DNA from: Dendrobates tinctorius | Taxonomy: Eukaryota | Length of the DNA stretch: 64,000 nt | Assembly (NCBI RefSeq): GCF_039654945.1 | Contig: NW_027361810.1 | Span: forward strand, 9,052,001-9,116,000 | Direction: 5' to 3' | Part shown: positions 26,390 through 39,470 of the stretch, one piece after another | Layout of the letters: every line of letters begins with the position of its first letter | Numbering within the stretch: position 1 is the stretch's first letter | The notes under the pieces: model-generated | The model's database searches: none | Told to the model about the DNA's origin: nothing | Seen by the model: only the letters and a program-made list of their open reading frames with translations | Translations under genes and position numbers: made by a program

Positions 26390-29300
26390 ATAGATACACA
26401 GCTCAGCAGTCAGCATCACACAGGAGAGGATTAGATACACGGCTCAGCAGTCAGCATCACACAGGAGAGGATTAGATACACGGCTCAGCAGTCAGCATCA
26501 CACAGGAGAGGATTAGATACACGGCTCAGCAGTCAGCATCACACAGGAGAGGATTAGATACACAGCTCAGCAGTCAGCATCACACAGGAGAGGATTAGAT
26601 ACACGGCTCAGCAGTCAGCATCACACAGGAGAGGATTAGATACACGGCTCAGCAGTCAGCATCACACAGGAGAGGATTAGATACACGGCTCAGCAGTCAG
26701 CATCACACAGGAGAGGATTAGATACACGGCTCAGCAGTCAGCATCACACAGGAGAGGATTAGATACACGGCTCAGCAGTCAGTATCACACAGGAGAGGAT
26801 TAGATACACGGCTCAGAAGTCAGTATCACACAGGAGAGGATTAGATACACGGCTCAGCAGTCAGTATCACACAGGAGAGGATTAGATACACGGCTCAGCA
26901 TTCAGTATCACACAGGATAGGATTAGATACACGGCTCAGCAGTCAGCATCACACAGGAGAGGATTAGATACACGGCTCAGCAGTCAGTATCACACAGGAG
27001 AGGATTAGATACACGGCTCAGCAGTCAGTATCACACAGGATAGGATTAGATACACGGCTCAGCAGTCAGCATCACACAGGAGAGGATTAGATACACGGCT
27101 CAGCAGTCAGTATCACACAGGAGATGATTAGATACACGGCTCAGCAGTCAGTATCACACAGGAGAGGATTAGATACACGGCTCAGCAGTCAGTATCACAC
27201 AGGAGAGGATTAGATACACGACTCAGCAGTCAGTATCACACAGGAGAGGATTAGATACACGGCTCAGCAGTCAGCATCACACAGGAGAGGATTAGATACA
27301 CGGCTCAGCAGTCAGTATCACACAGGAGAGGATTAGATACACGGCTCAGCAGTCAGCATCACACAGGAGAGGATTAGATACACGGCTCAGCAGTCAGCAT
27401 CACACAGGAGAGGATTAGATACACGGCTCAGCAGTCAGCATCACACAGGAGAGGATTAGATACACGGCTCAGCAGTCAGTATCACACAGGAGAGGATTAG
27501 ATACACGGCTCAGCAGTCAGTATCACACAGGATAGGATTAGATACACGGCTCAGCAGTCAGCATCACACAGGAGAGGATTAGATACACGAGTCAGCAGTC
27601 AGTATCACACAGGAGAGGATTAGATACACGGCTCAGCAGTCAGTATCACACAGGATAGGATTAGATACACGGCTCAGCAGTCAGTATCACACAGGAGAGG
27701 ATTAGATACACGGCTCAGCAGTCAGTATCACACAGGATAGGATTAGATACACGGCTCAGCAGTCAGCATCACACAGGAGAGGATTAGATACACAGCTCAG
27801 CAGTCAGCATCACACAGGAGAGGATTAGATACACGGCTCAGCAGTCAGTATCACACAGGAGAGGATTAGATACACGGCTCAGCAGTCAGTATCACACAGG
27901 ATAGGATTAGATACACAGCTCAGCAGTCAGTATCACACAGGAGAGGATTAGATACACGGCTCAGCAGTCAGTATCACACAGGATAGGATTAGATACACAG
28001 CTCAGCAGTCAGTATCACACAGGATAGGATTAGATACACGGCTCAGCAGTCAGCATCACACAGGAGAGGATTAGATACACGGCTCAACAGTCAGCATCAC
28101 ACAGGATAGGATTAGATACACAGCTCAACAGTCAGCATCACACAGGATAGGATTAGATACACAGCTCAGCAGTCAGGATCACGTGTATCTAATCCTCTCC
28201 TGTGTGATACTGACTGCTGAGCCGTGTATCTAATCCTCTCCTGTGTGATACTGACTGCTGAGCCATGTATCTAATCCTATCCTGTGTGATACTGACTGCT
28301 GAGCTGTGTATCTATATGTGTGTGGGGAATAAGGTGCAATCTAGTGGCCTCAATTGATGTTTTGGCTGTTTGTTTTGTTGCCTGTTAATCCTGGGTGATG
28401 AACCTACCAAATGAAATGTTTTATATTGTGTGAGGATCTATTCCTTTCATTTCTTTTCTTTGCTATATTTTTTTCCCCCCTATATTGATAGGGTGATATT
28501 GTGGGAGAGAGGGATAGTCCACGTTGAGTGGGGGCGCCAAAAAAACGTCTTTTAGGGTGCCAACCTCCACGGCAAGGAAGGAGTCAGTGAGGTATATTGC
28601 AGGGTTACTGCAGGCAAATTTATTAACACACAGGATAGGATTAGATACACGGCTCAGCAGTCAGTATCACACAGGATAGGATTAGATACACAGCTCAGCA
28701 GTCAGTATCACACATGATAGGATTAGATACACGGCTCAGCAGTCAGTATCACACAGGATAGGATTAGATACACAGCTCAGCAGTCAGTATCACACAGGAG
28801 AGGATTAGATACACAGCTCAGCAGTCAGTATCACACATGATAGGATTAGATACACGGCTCAGCAGTCAGTATCACACAGGATAGGATTAGATACACAGCT
28901 CAGCAGTCAGTATCACACATGATAGGATTAGATACACGGCTCAGCAGTCAGTATCACACAGGATAGGATTAGATACACAGCTCAGCAGTCAGTATCACAC
29001 AGGAGAGGATTAGATACACGGCTCAGCAGTCAGCATCACACAGGAGAGGATTAGATACACGGCTCAGCAGTCAGTATCACACAGGATAGGATTAGATACA
29101 CAGCTCAGCAGTCAGTATCACACAGGAGAGGATTAGATACACGGCTCAGCAGTCAGTATCACACAGGATAGGATTAGATACACAGCTCAGCAGTCAGTAT
29201 CACACAGGATAGGATTAGATACACGGCTCAGCAGTCAGTATCACACAGGAGAGGATTAGATACACAGCTCAGCAGTCAGTATCACACAGGAGAGGATTAG

Positions 29301-29634
29301 ATACACGGCTCAGCAGTCAGTATCACACAGGATAGGATTAGATACACAGCTCAGCAGTCAGTATCACACAGGATAGGATTAGATACACAGCTCAGCAGTC
29401 AGTATCACACAGGAGAGGATTAGATACACGGCTCAGCAGTCAGTATCACACAGGATAGGATTAGATACACAGCTCAGCAGTCAGTATCACACAGGAGAGG
29501 ATTAGATACACGGCTCAGCAGTCAGTATCACACAGGATAGGATTAGATACACAGCTCAGCAGACAGTATCACACAGGAGAGGATTAGATACACAGCTCAG
29601 CAGTCAGTATCACACAGGATAGGATTAGATACAC
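26390..29634. repeat. 41-bp satellite, interrupted by an inverted insert at 28183-28624
   Basis: gctcagcagtcagtatcacacaggagaggattagatacacg units. Confidence 0.95.
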
Positions 29635-29853
29635 TTACTTAAACAAAATTAGTCTAGGAAAAAATAATCATGTAGTGAACATATATTTCCCTTAAAAACA
29701 ATATTTTAATTCCTCATTTTGTTAAAAAAGCACGTAACCCAGTGTATAGAGCAATACAAAAACCCTATATAATCCACAATAATAAATTTGCCTGCAATAA
29801 CCCTGCAATATACCTCACTGACTCCTTCCTTGCCGTGGAGGTTGGCACCCTAA

Positions 29854-30485
29854 GGCCGGAGTCACACTGGCGAGGAATACGGGAGAGTGAGAGGCGCAAA
29901 AAGCACGCATTAGACACGGACCAATGATTCTCTATGGGGTCCCTCGCACCAGCCGTATATTTCTCCTCAGTATCCTACGCTCCGTGCCACTCGCAGCATG
30001 CTGAGACTGTCAGCGTACTACGCCCGTAGTATGCCAATGCAAGTCTATGGGTGCGCAAAAAATACAGATTACACACTGAACACACGTGTGACCTGCGAGA
30101 AATACGCACCCGGTGTCTTTTAGCAAAGCCGGCAATTCAGTGCGCGATACAGTAAACTCACACTGACAGGTTTAATAAAGAAATGAAAGAATAGATGTAG
30201 ACACACAGAATATATATATATATATATATATATATGCATTCTATGTGTCTATATCTATTCTTTCATTTCTTTATTAAAACTGTCATAGGGCTCCATTATA
30301 TGTCCATTTTGCAAGCCTGCGAGAAAATCTCTCCATACGGATTACATACGGATGCTTACATGCGCAAAATACGCGACCACACCTTCATTACGGATGACAT
30401 ACGGAGCACTGTTTAGGGGTCTGTCATCCGTATTACGCATGTAAAATACTGACCGTATTTTGCGCAGGTTAGTGTGACTCCAGCC
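29854..30485. mobile_element. PIF/Harbinger-type MITE, family D
   Basis: TIR GGC(C/T)GGAGTCACACT, TAA TSD; empty-site copy at ~28550. Confidence 0.9.
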
Positions 30486-30700
30486 TAAGAGACGATTTTT
30501 TGGCACCCCCACTCAACGTGGACTATCCCTCTCTCCCCTAATATCACCCTATCAATATAGGGGGGGGGAAATATAGCAAAGAAAAGAAATGAAAGGAATA
30601 TATCCTCACACAATATAAAACATTTCATTTTGTAGGTTCATCACCCAGGATTAACAGGCAACAAAACAAACAGCCAAAACATCAATTGAGGCCACTAGAT

Positions 30701-31385
30701 TGCCCCTTATTCCCCAGACTCCTGCCCCTTATTCCCCACACTCCTGCCCCTTATTCCCCACACTCCTGCCCCTTATCCTCCACACTCCTGCCCCTTATTC
30801 TACAGACTTCTGCCCCTTATTCTCCACACTCCTGCCCCTTATTCTCCACACTCCTGCCCCTTCTTCTCCACGCTCCTGCCCCTTCTTCTCCACGCTCCTG
30901 CCCCTTCTTCTCCACGCTCCTGCCCCTTCTTCTCCACGCTCCTGCCCCTTCTTCTCCACGCTCCTGCCCCTTCTTCTCCACGCTCCTGCCCCTTATTCTC
31001 CACACTCCTGCCCCTTATTCTCCACGCTCCTGCCCCTTATTCTCCAGACTCCTGCCCCTTATTCTCCACGCCCCTGCCCCTTATTCTCCACGCTCCTGCC
31101 CCTTATTCTCCACGCCCCTGCCCCTTATTCTCCACGCTCCTGCCCCTTATTCTCCACGCCCCTGCCCCTTATTCTCCACGCCCCTGCCCCTTATTCTCCA
31201 CGCTCCTGCCCCTTATTCTCCACGCTCCTGCCCCTTATTCTCCACACCCCTGCCCCTTATTCTCCACGCTCCTGCCCCTTCTTCTCCACGCTCCTCCCCC
31301 TTATTCTCCAGACTGCTTCCCCTTATTCTCCGCACTCCTGCCCCTTATTCTCCAGACTCCTGCCCCTTATTCTCCACGCCCCTAT
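30701..31385. repeat. 22-bp C-rich minisatellite
   Basis: tgccccttattctccacgctcc units. Confidence 0.95.
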
Positions 31386-32258
31386 GTTGCTTTTTAAGGA
31401 CTGCCTGCATTTTGAGGTTCTGCAGCCGCTGAGGTGTATTATGAGGTTCTACAGCAGTTGAGGTGTATTATGAGGTTCTGCAGCAGCTGAGCTGCTGAAG
31501 AATATCTATCAAGCAGTACATATCACCTCATGTCAGTCCGTCAGTGGCTTGCACACCAGAAGTAACTCTGTGCAGGAGCAGCCTTTCGTGCATGAGAGAT
31601 AAGCGGTGCCTGTGTGACGCTGATCATCTCTGTATAACTACCCAGTTCTGACATCAGGATGTGATGATTATTCAGATTTTACTTACAGACTTGTTAATGG
31701 AAAATTGCTAATATGTATAACAGATCGGTGTTCCCTGCAGTTACAGGTAGATCTTTGGGGGTCCCCGGCACTCAGGGAGTAGGGGGAGGCTCCCCACTCA
31801 TGTTGTGTAGAATTGTGCATGTGCTTTCTCGTCCTGGGAGGCTGAAATTGGAGCCGTGTTTCCACTGGACCTACTATGTTACTGTGTAACCCTATAAGTG
31901 CAGATCCGCGCCGTCACTCACCGGCTCGGGGTATTCCCTGCGCTGCACAGCTCCCGGCTGAATGTCAGTTTTCCATGTTGCTCCTTCTCCCCTTCCTCAG
32001 GAAGAAATGCAAGACCCGTCCTAATGAAGCAGCAGACAATGGCGGACACCATGCAGAAAACTCATTAAGCCTCTGCTTACTGGATACATGATCCAGACGG
32101 AGTCCTGAACCCTGGGAGGACGCCAGCTCCGCGTATCAGGTCAGTGTGCACCCCAGAGAAACCGAGGCCGAGAGGAGCACGGGCCAGCGGTGTATAATAG
32201 TGCGGAAGCGTTATACGAGGAGCGGCCGATGTCAGGACATCATATTACAGTACAGCAG

Positions 32259-32827
32259 TGATATACTGTGCTTCGAAAAAAGTATTTATACCCAGGGTCG
32301 CTGTCCTGGTGGAAGGTGAACCTACACCCAAGTCTCAAGTCTTTTGCAGCCTCTATCAGGTTTTCCTCCAGGATTGCCCCATATTTAGCTCCATCCATCT
32401 TCCCATCAACTCTGACAATTTTCTCTGCTCCTGCTAAAGAAAAGTCTCCACACAGCATGATTGCTCCCTCCACCATGTGTGACGGTAGGGATGGTGTTTT
32501 CAAGGTGAAGTGGAGTGTTAGTTTTCCGCCACACATAGCATTTTGCATTTAGTCCAAAAAGTTCTCCTTTGGCCTTATTTGACCATAGACCCTTCTTCCA
32601 CATGCTCGCTGCGTCCCCTATGTGGCTTTTTGAAAACTGAAAATGGGACGTCTTATGGCTTTCAAAAATGATTTGTGAAGTACACTACTAATAGTCATCC
32701 TGTACAGATTCCCCCCCCCCTGAGCTGTGGATCTCTGCAGCTCCTCCAGTACTAAAGTACTTAAGTTTGTGGGTGTAATATGAAAAAAATGTTGAACAGT
32801 TCGCAAGGTAAGAATACTTTTCACAAA
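32259..32827 (-). mobile_element. Internally deleted Tc1/mariner element
   Basis: Transposase remnants PTVTHGGG, VDGKMDGAKY..ILEENL..AAKDLRLG.RFTF.QD.DP; TIR-like ends. Confidence 0.8.
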
Positions 32828-32829
32828 AA

Positions 32830-33480
32830 ACAGAATAGTGCCAGCTCACTGTAGAAGTTTATAGGAGTCCGTTGTGCACGGAACCTCGAGCCAACCACTC
32901 ATGTATAGCAACTGCAGGAAAAAGAAGAAATGTTCCAGCTTCTGGTAAAATTTTCAGAGTAGTCTTTATTCCATCAAAAAAACAATTAAAATAGGATTGC
33001 GAAACGCGCGTCGGGGCAGCAGGGATGCCAAGGCTTCCACGTGCACTATTAGGTATGGTTAATCCAGCAGCTGTTTTAATATATACAGCACCGTATTTTC
33101 ATATTGGGGATATATGGGACACATTGTCCTTAATAATAGCACAGCACTTTTTATTGGGCAAGGTGTAAATGTCCATCCTTTATATATTGTTTACAAGGAG
33201 TACATAGCACTTTATATATTTTTGGTATGCTTTTATTCAGCCTTCTATTTTTTGAAGTGTTAACTCTCGTGTTTACCCCATTTACTGTCCTTTTTGATAT
33301 GAAATTTAGATTTGCGGTTATATTATCAATTTTTTATGGTGTGTTTTTACACTTTGTGCGTTGAGGGTGTTTTATGGCACTATGTCCCTGATTTTTGTAT
33401 TTTCAAGACTCCTTTTTAATTTTTGTTTTTAAATGAATTTTCAATAAAAATATCATTTTACTTAGTTTGTCTCTTGTTAC
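32830..33480. mobile_element. Penelope-like terminal fragments with internal inversion
   Basis: gtccagc..tctttattcc followed by gcgaaacgcgcgtcgg and a T-rich tail with caataaaa. Confidence 0.4.
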
Positions 33481-33700
33481 CAAATTACTTCATTGGATAA
33501 CGGTTTTTGTGATAAATTAATACATCTAATACTATATATTGAAGTACACAGTCTGGTACTGTATGTGTGGGTTCTTGCTTGCATTGTAGGGTAGCCTGAC
33601 ACTACACACATACACTAATATTATTGTTCGTTCTGTCTGATCACAGTTTCCTGTTCTTTGGTGTCCAGGTCCAGAGAGCTGAGGGTGCAGCGGGGACACG

Positions 33701-33722
33701 ATGACCTCTCCGTGCTTCGCCC
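33701..33722 (+). CDS. PLCD4: PLCD4 first coding exon (MTSPCFA)
   Basis: ATG followed by 22 coding nt and a GTGAGT donor; phase fits the next exon. Confidence 0.75.
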
Positions 33723-33791
33723 GTGAGTATCAGGACTGTGCGGGGCCCGGGGCCAGGTCTGCCTCCTCCGCTCACTGTGTTCTGCCTGCAG

Positions 33792-33950
33792 GTCTGCAGC
33801 TGGATGAGAACTTGCAGCTGATGCAGGCCGGATCCGTGATGAGGAAAGTGAAATCCCGAAATTGGAAAAAACAAAGATACTTCAAACTCCAAGAGGATTG
33901 TATGACCATCTGGTACAAGTCCAAGAAGACGGGCAACACCAAGTCCACCT
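33792..33950 (+). CDS. PLCD4: PLCD4 exon, PH domain
   Basis: LQLDENLQLMQAGSVMRKVKSRNWKKQRYFKLQEDCMTIWY; AG/GT. Confidence 0.95.
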
Positions 33951-34844
33951 GTGAGTGCCAAAAGGGCCGACATCACTGCAAACAAGAACTGCTGCAACCT
34001 TCTGATGCACTTTCTTTCAATTATTTATTATTACCTTTGTCAGATTCAAGTTATTTCTGTCACCATTGTGGGTTTTTCTGTAATTAAACAAGGGGTGCCA
34101 ACAATTTTGACCGCGTGTGTACATTGCAGCAAAGCCTCAGCGCAGGAGAGAGCTATGTGCAGCTGATTTATGGTTTACCTAAACTGGATACAATTGTAGC
34201 AAACACTCAGCTGTCAGCAGTATTAGTTCTGTGCAGGTTTTTATCCTTTAGGTGTAAACAAGAATTTTCCTTTTCCTGCACAAAAAGAAAAAGAAAAGAA
34301 TTGAAATACAAAGTATAAAAGAAAGTTGCAGAACTTCAAGCTTCACTCTCAGGGGTAGAAGCTTCTGATAATATTTGCCACTTGATAATTATTTCTCAGA
34401 CCTTCGATTTCTGGATGGATATGGTACAGGCTGCGAGGCATTATGTGGCGGTGCAGTGCGTCTGCGCGTCCATTACTGATTCCCCCCAGGCATTGAGTCT
34501 TGAGCAGGGAGTTCTGCATAGGTAAAGTTTTGCCAGAGCTGCTGCTGTGAGAATAGATTTCCAGTAATCAGTCTGCGGGAATAGCGAGGGGTGATATCCT
34601 GCCAGTTCAGGGGCCAAGAACAGTGAGGTTAATGCAATGGAGCAGACGGGTCGCCCAGCACCGTGCATTACTCATGGTTTGGATTCCAAGAGAGCTGAGC
34701 TGTGGTTTTCCGTAATGAAAGCCGTGTCTGCATCATTATGAATTACAATTCCTGCAAACAGCAAAAACATATATTTTTACATAAAGTAAACTCAGAGGGT
34801 AAATCCACCTCTCAGCAACATATTAGAGTATAATATCTATATCA

Positions 34845-35695
34845 GCAGTACAATCACTGTGTACATACATTACATTACTGATCCTGAGTTACATCCTGTA
34901 TTATACTCCAGAGCTGCACTCACTATTCTGCTGGTGCAGTCACTGTGTACATACATTACTGATCCTGAGTTACATCCTGTATTATACTCCAGAGCTGCAC
35001 TCACTATTCTGCTGGTGCAGTCACTGTGTACATACATTACTGATCCTGAGTTACATCCTGTATTATCCTCCAGAGCTGCACTCACTATTCTGCTGGAGCA
35101 GTCACTGTATACATACATTACATTACTGATCCTGAGTTACATCCTGTATTATACTCCAGTGCTGCACTCACTATTCTGCTGGTGCAGTCACTGTGTACAT
35201 ACATTACTGATCCTGAGTTACATCCTGTATTATACTCCAGAGCTGCACTCACTATTCTGCTGGTGCAGTCACTGTGTACATACATTACATTACTGATCCT
35301 GAGTTACATCCTGTATTATACTCCAGAGCTGCACTCACTATTCTGCTGGTGCAGTCACTGTGTACATACATTACATTACTGATCCTGAGTTACATCCTGT
35401 ATTATACTCCAGAGCTGCACTCACTATTCTGCTGGTGCAGTCACTGTGTACATACATTACATTACTGATCCTGAGTTACATCCTGTATTATACCCCAGAG
35501 CTGCACTCACTATTCTGCTGGTGCAGTCACTGTGTACATACATTACATTACTGATCCTGAGTTACATCCTGTATTATACTCCAGAGCTGCACTCACTATT
35601 CTGCTGGTGCAGTCACTGTGTACATACATTACATTACTGATCCTGAGTTACATCCTGTATTATACTCCAGAGCTGCACTCACTCTCCTGCTGGTG
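34845..35695. repeat. 81/86-bp satellite (~10 units) directly upstream of a PLCD4 exon
   Basis: cagtcactgtgtacatacattac(attac)tgatcctgagttacatcctgtattatactccagagctgcactcactattctgctggtg. Confidence 0.95.
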
Positions 35696-35745
35696 TAAAG
35701 ATTTGATCTTCCACATTGAATAAACAGTTATTTTTTTCATTCTAG

Positions 35746-35974
35746 TTTCCATCAGTGACATTGAGACGGTGCGGGAAGGTCATCAGTCTGAGATTCTGCA
35801 GAGTATCGCTGATGAGTTTGAGTCAGAGCTGTGTTTTACCATCGTCTTCTTCGGGCGTCGGGCTAACCTTGACCTTGTGGCTAACACGGCGGAGGACGCT
35901 CAGTGCTGGATCCACGGCCTAGAGAAACTCATGGAGACAGTGAGGAATATGGACCAGAAGGAAATCCTCGATCA
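35746..35974 (+). CDS. PLCD4: PLCD4 exon, PH domain C-half; ends at U12 donor
   Basis: [16 protein letters not shown]...[17 protein letters not shown]...; followed by GTATCCTT. Confidence 0.95.
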
Positions 35975-36159
35975 GTATCCTTCAAATCATTTTACAATCA
36001 GGAAGTTCAAATTCTTCCCCATTTTCTAGATCTGCGCTTGCTGTCAGTGGATGGAATATTCTTGTTGATATCCAGAGACTAAAAACCCAAATCATATTGA
36101 TGTTGATGCAGCTGCAATTTGATACAATGTATCCAATGTGGCGCAGCGCCTACTATGTG

Positions 36160-36993
36160 TGTTGGGGATCACTCGCTTGGCAGCGGATTAGTCAGGAACA
36201 GGTTTTTCACACAAAACAGTCCATATGGTTTATTTAAATGTCATAAACCGCACCATATGCCAGGTTTCACATCACCGGCTTACACACAGTCCATTACTTC
36301 ATCACGTGTGGCTTTATACAGCATTCACTAGTCACGCCGGACTCTCTCCAGTCACCGGGTTCAGTAACTGACCTTTGTCAGTGCACATAGTTCTTTCCCC
36401 ATTCCTGGGGCTACCTCTCAGGAGCTCCTGCTCCACAGGCTGACTCCTCATCAGTCCAAGGTCCTCAACAGGACAGCATCTTTCTCCGTGTGGGGCCGTC
36501 CCAGGCTCTGCATACACATGTGGCCTGTCCGGGTGCTATTCAGGACACTTGTCCAACACCCAGGCCACCAGGTCCAAGGTCTCACCACGTGCTTCAGGAA
36601 TCCGATCCTACTCCCAGGTTCTTCCAACACAGACCTTTCAGAAGCTTGCACCCTGAACCATTCAGGTACACACACTCTGTCCATGTGACCAGACCTCAGT
36701 CACATTATATGGTTGTAACCACCCCCACGGATGGGCGGTACATGTGTGGTTAGTCAATTCCCGCCCAGCTCTCTGACTAACCCTATAAGCCACCCTGACA
36801 AGTAATACTTGTGGAACTATAAGTCCCAGCATAACCATATCATTTTGGCTTACAGCGCAGAGAACCTCTGTGACACATACTGGACATTTACAATAATGCC
36901 AGTCCCTAATTTACCATTATAATTATGCCTCCAAGCGCATCATGAAGCGCATACACAGCGCCCCCTAGCTGTAGCAGAGGTTACTGCATCACA
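36160..36993 (-). mobile_element. Old solo-LTR-like element related to the FXR1-bearing element
   Basis: Starts TG..ggggatcactcgct and ends acacagcgccccctagc..catcaca like the 675-bp LTR; middle resembles 52480-52700; no clean TSD. Confidence 0.6.
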
Positions 36994-37680
36994 CCGTGTA
37001 GGTAAAGGCTTGAAGTCCAGTGTGAATTGTGTTCAGTGTGGATTTCTTGAACTGATACATTGTGACACACCATCAGCTGTGCCAGCAAAACTAGATGTTC
37101 TCACTGTAAACAAGAATGTTTCAATACAATAAAAGCAAGCAGAGAGGAGGAAATCAGCGAGATCCTGGAGCAGAAATGAGAAATTTTGAAATTCCTTCAT
37201 TTTACTGATTTTATCTTGGCTTTGCGTTACATTGTCCTCTCTGTTCACAAACAAAACTGAAATAAAAATTAGAGGGCAGTGCATTATGGGAACTCCTGAT
37301 CACTGACACATCGCAAGCTGCAAACAATAGAATTTTTTTGTTTTCAGCTTCAGCAGTGACTGGAGCATCAAACTTCACATAACAATATCAACAGCATAAA
37401 GTTCAATAAAATAAGTAAAGTAAAATATTTGCAACGTAACTCAGCGCTATGTGCCGGGAACTCCTGGGCGAAAACGGTGGGACTTATGTAAATCCACCCA
37501 AAAGTGGGCACTATGGGGCAAATTGGGGATGGAGACTTAAAGGGGTTTTCCACCTTTGGGGACAATTTGTTTTGTACTTATATAGATGTATTTGGGGCTA
37601 AAAATCATTTTGGAATCATTCAAAATTTTGCTCCGTGTGGTTTTAACAAGCTCTTTGTTTCTCCGCACATTCAAGTTTAA

Positions 37681-38039
37681 GGCTATGTGCACACGCTGCG
37701 GATTCTGCTGCGGATCCGCTGTGGTTTTGGCCGCTGCGGATCTGCAGCAGTTCCGCAGACAGTGTACAGTACAATGTAAGTATATGGGATTTACAATCCG
37801 CAGTGCACATGCTGCGGTTTTTCAACTGCGGAAAAGCTGCGGTTTTGAATCCGCAGAAGGAGTTAACATGTCAATTCTTTCTGCGGATTCCGCAGCGGTT
37901 TGCCACCTTTTCCATTGTCCAGGTGTCAAACCACAGGGGAAAAAACCGCTGGCCAATCCGCAGGAAAACCGCAGGTCATTTTACCTGCTGATCCGCAGAT
38001 AAAAATCCGCAGACCAATCCGCAGCGTGTGCACATAGCC
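37681..38039. mobile_element. PIF/Harbinger-type MITE, family A copy 3 (opposite orientation)
   Basis: TIR GGCTATGTGCACACGCTGCGG, TAA TSD. Confidence 0.88.
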
Positions 38040-38211
38040 TAAAGTGGTCTTTGATCATAAATCAGCCAAGAGGAGGTCAGAAAATGAAAGACAGAAGAGT
38101 AATAAACTCTGAGCATGCATGTACATAAAAAAGTCCCAAAAAAGTGGCCAACCCCTTGATAAACCGCAGTTGACCAGTGAATGTTGCTTTTCCCTTGACC
38201 GGGCCACTCAG

Positions 38212-38341
38212 ATGGATCTGTGACTGGTTCCAAAAGGCCGACAAGAATCGAGACGGGAGGATGAATTTTAAGGAGGTCCAGGATCTTCTGAAAATGATGA
38301 ATGTGGACATGAACGAGCAGCACGCGTATCGTTTGTTTCAG
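38212..38341 (+). CDS. PLCD4: PLCD4 exon, EF-hand 1
   Basis: [33 protein letters not shown]. Confidence 0.95.
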
Positions 38342-39267
38342 GTAATGGGTGTGAATACTTATACAAACCAAAGGTGGGCTAATTCAAGGCAGTTATCATT
38401 AGTAATGTGTAGAGGTGGGCTAAGAGTGATCGTTTTTGGAACAGCTGCAGAGCCACAGATTAGCGACCACCGATTTTCGATTTTCTTAAAGGAGAGGATT
38501 ATCTCATGAGAATCTCACGATTGTCTGACATCCAATCTTACGATTGGCCGAGTGCAACAAGCTCCCAGCGGATCCTAATCAATAATGCAATTTGGTCCAG
38601 AGTATCAATCTCTCGCGAGTCGTCGTTGGCAGCCCATCCGTGGGCGTCTAAGATGTAAGATAATTACAATATTAATTAGTAAGTAACCCCCGATACAGAA
38701 TGTTCTAAGGCGGGTGATATCTAGAACCTGCATTAAATAACAGATCCTGTGAGAGAGGAAGTGTCGATGGGGGTCAGCACGCGTTTCAGGCCATTAGGGT
38801 CTCAGAAGCTGCAGAATTCTGTCCGGAGAGAAGCGGCTTCATGTAATCTACAATGGCTGGAAACATAAGGAGAAGAAGGAGCAGCGGCTATAGATTTAAT
38901 CACAGAAACTTGAGGAAGAACTGCTCAGCTCTGGTACATCTGCTCAGAGTACAAATAACCCCGCCATACTGTGCATCAGCCAGAAGTCCGGGACACATGA
39001 ACGACTGCGGAATTTTGGCGTTAGCGACAATATTTTTTTATGGATGCAAAATTTAAAGAAAGAAAAAAATAGAAGAAAGTGATACTTTATTTCTTTTTGA
39101 AATTGTATCTGCCTAAGAGTTTTGTGTCCAGAGCATTCACCCCATTTCCCTTGCTTACACTAGCTATGCCACTGGCCAGAATAATAATGCCGTACAATGC
39201 CGTCATACAGTGCTCATATACTAACAGCAAACAGTGAGCAAATAAAAGAATCATACTGAGTGCAACC

Positions 39268-39470
39268 TACTGTTCTGCCCAAAAGTTTACACACCCCAGC
39301 AGAGTTTTTGCTTTCTTGGCCTTTTTTCAGAGAATATGAATGATAACATCCAAGCTTTTTCTCCCTTCATGGTTAGTGGTTGGTGAAGCCATTTATTGTC
39401 AGACTATTGTGTTTTCTCTTTTTAAATCATAATGACAACACAAAACATCCAAATGACCCTGATCAAAAGT
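39268..39470. mobile_element. Tc1-like terminal repeat fragment
   Basis: caaaagtttacacaccc..gatcaaaagttta internal direct repeats typical of IR/DR Tc1 ends. Confidence 0.5.

Noticed and set aside
26390-29634. CRISPR-like regular repeats
   Set aside because: Head-to-tail units with no unique spacers, in a eukaryotic context.
30686-31461. 248/253-aa Pro/Leu-rich ORFs
   Set aside because: Translation of the 22-bp minisatellite.
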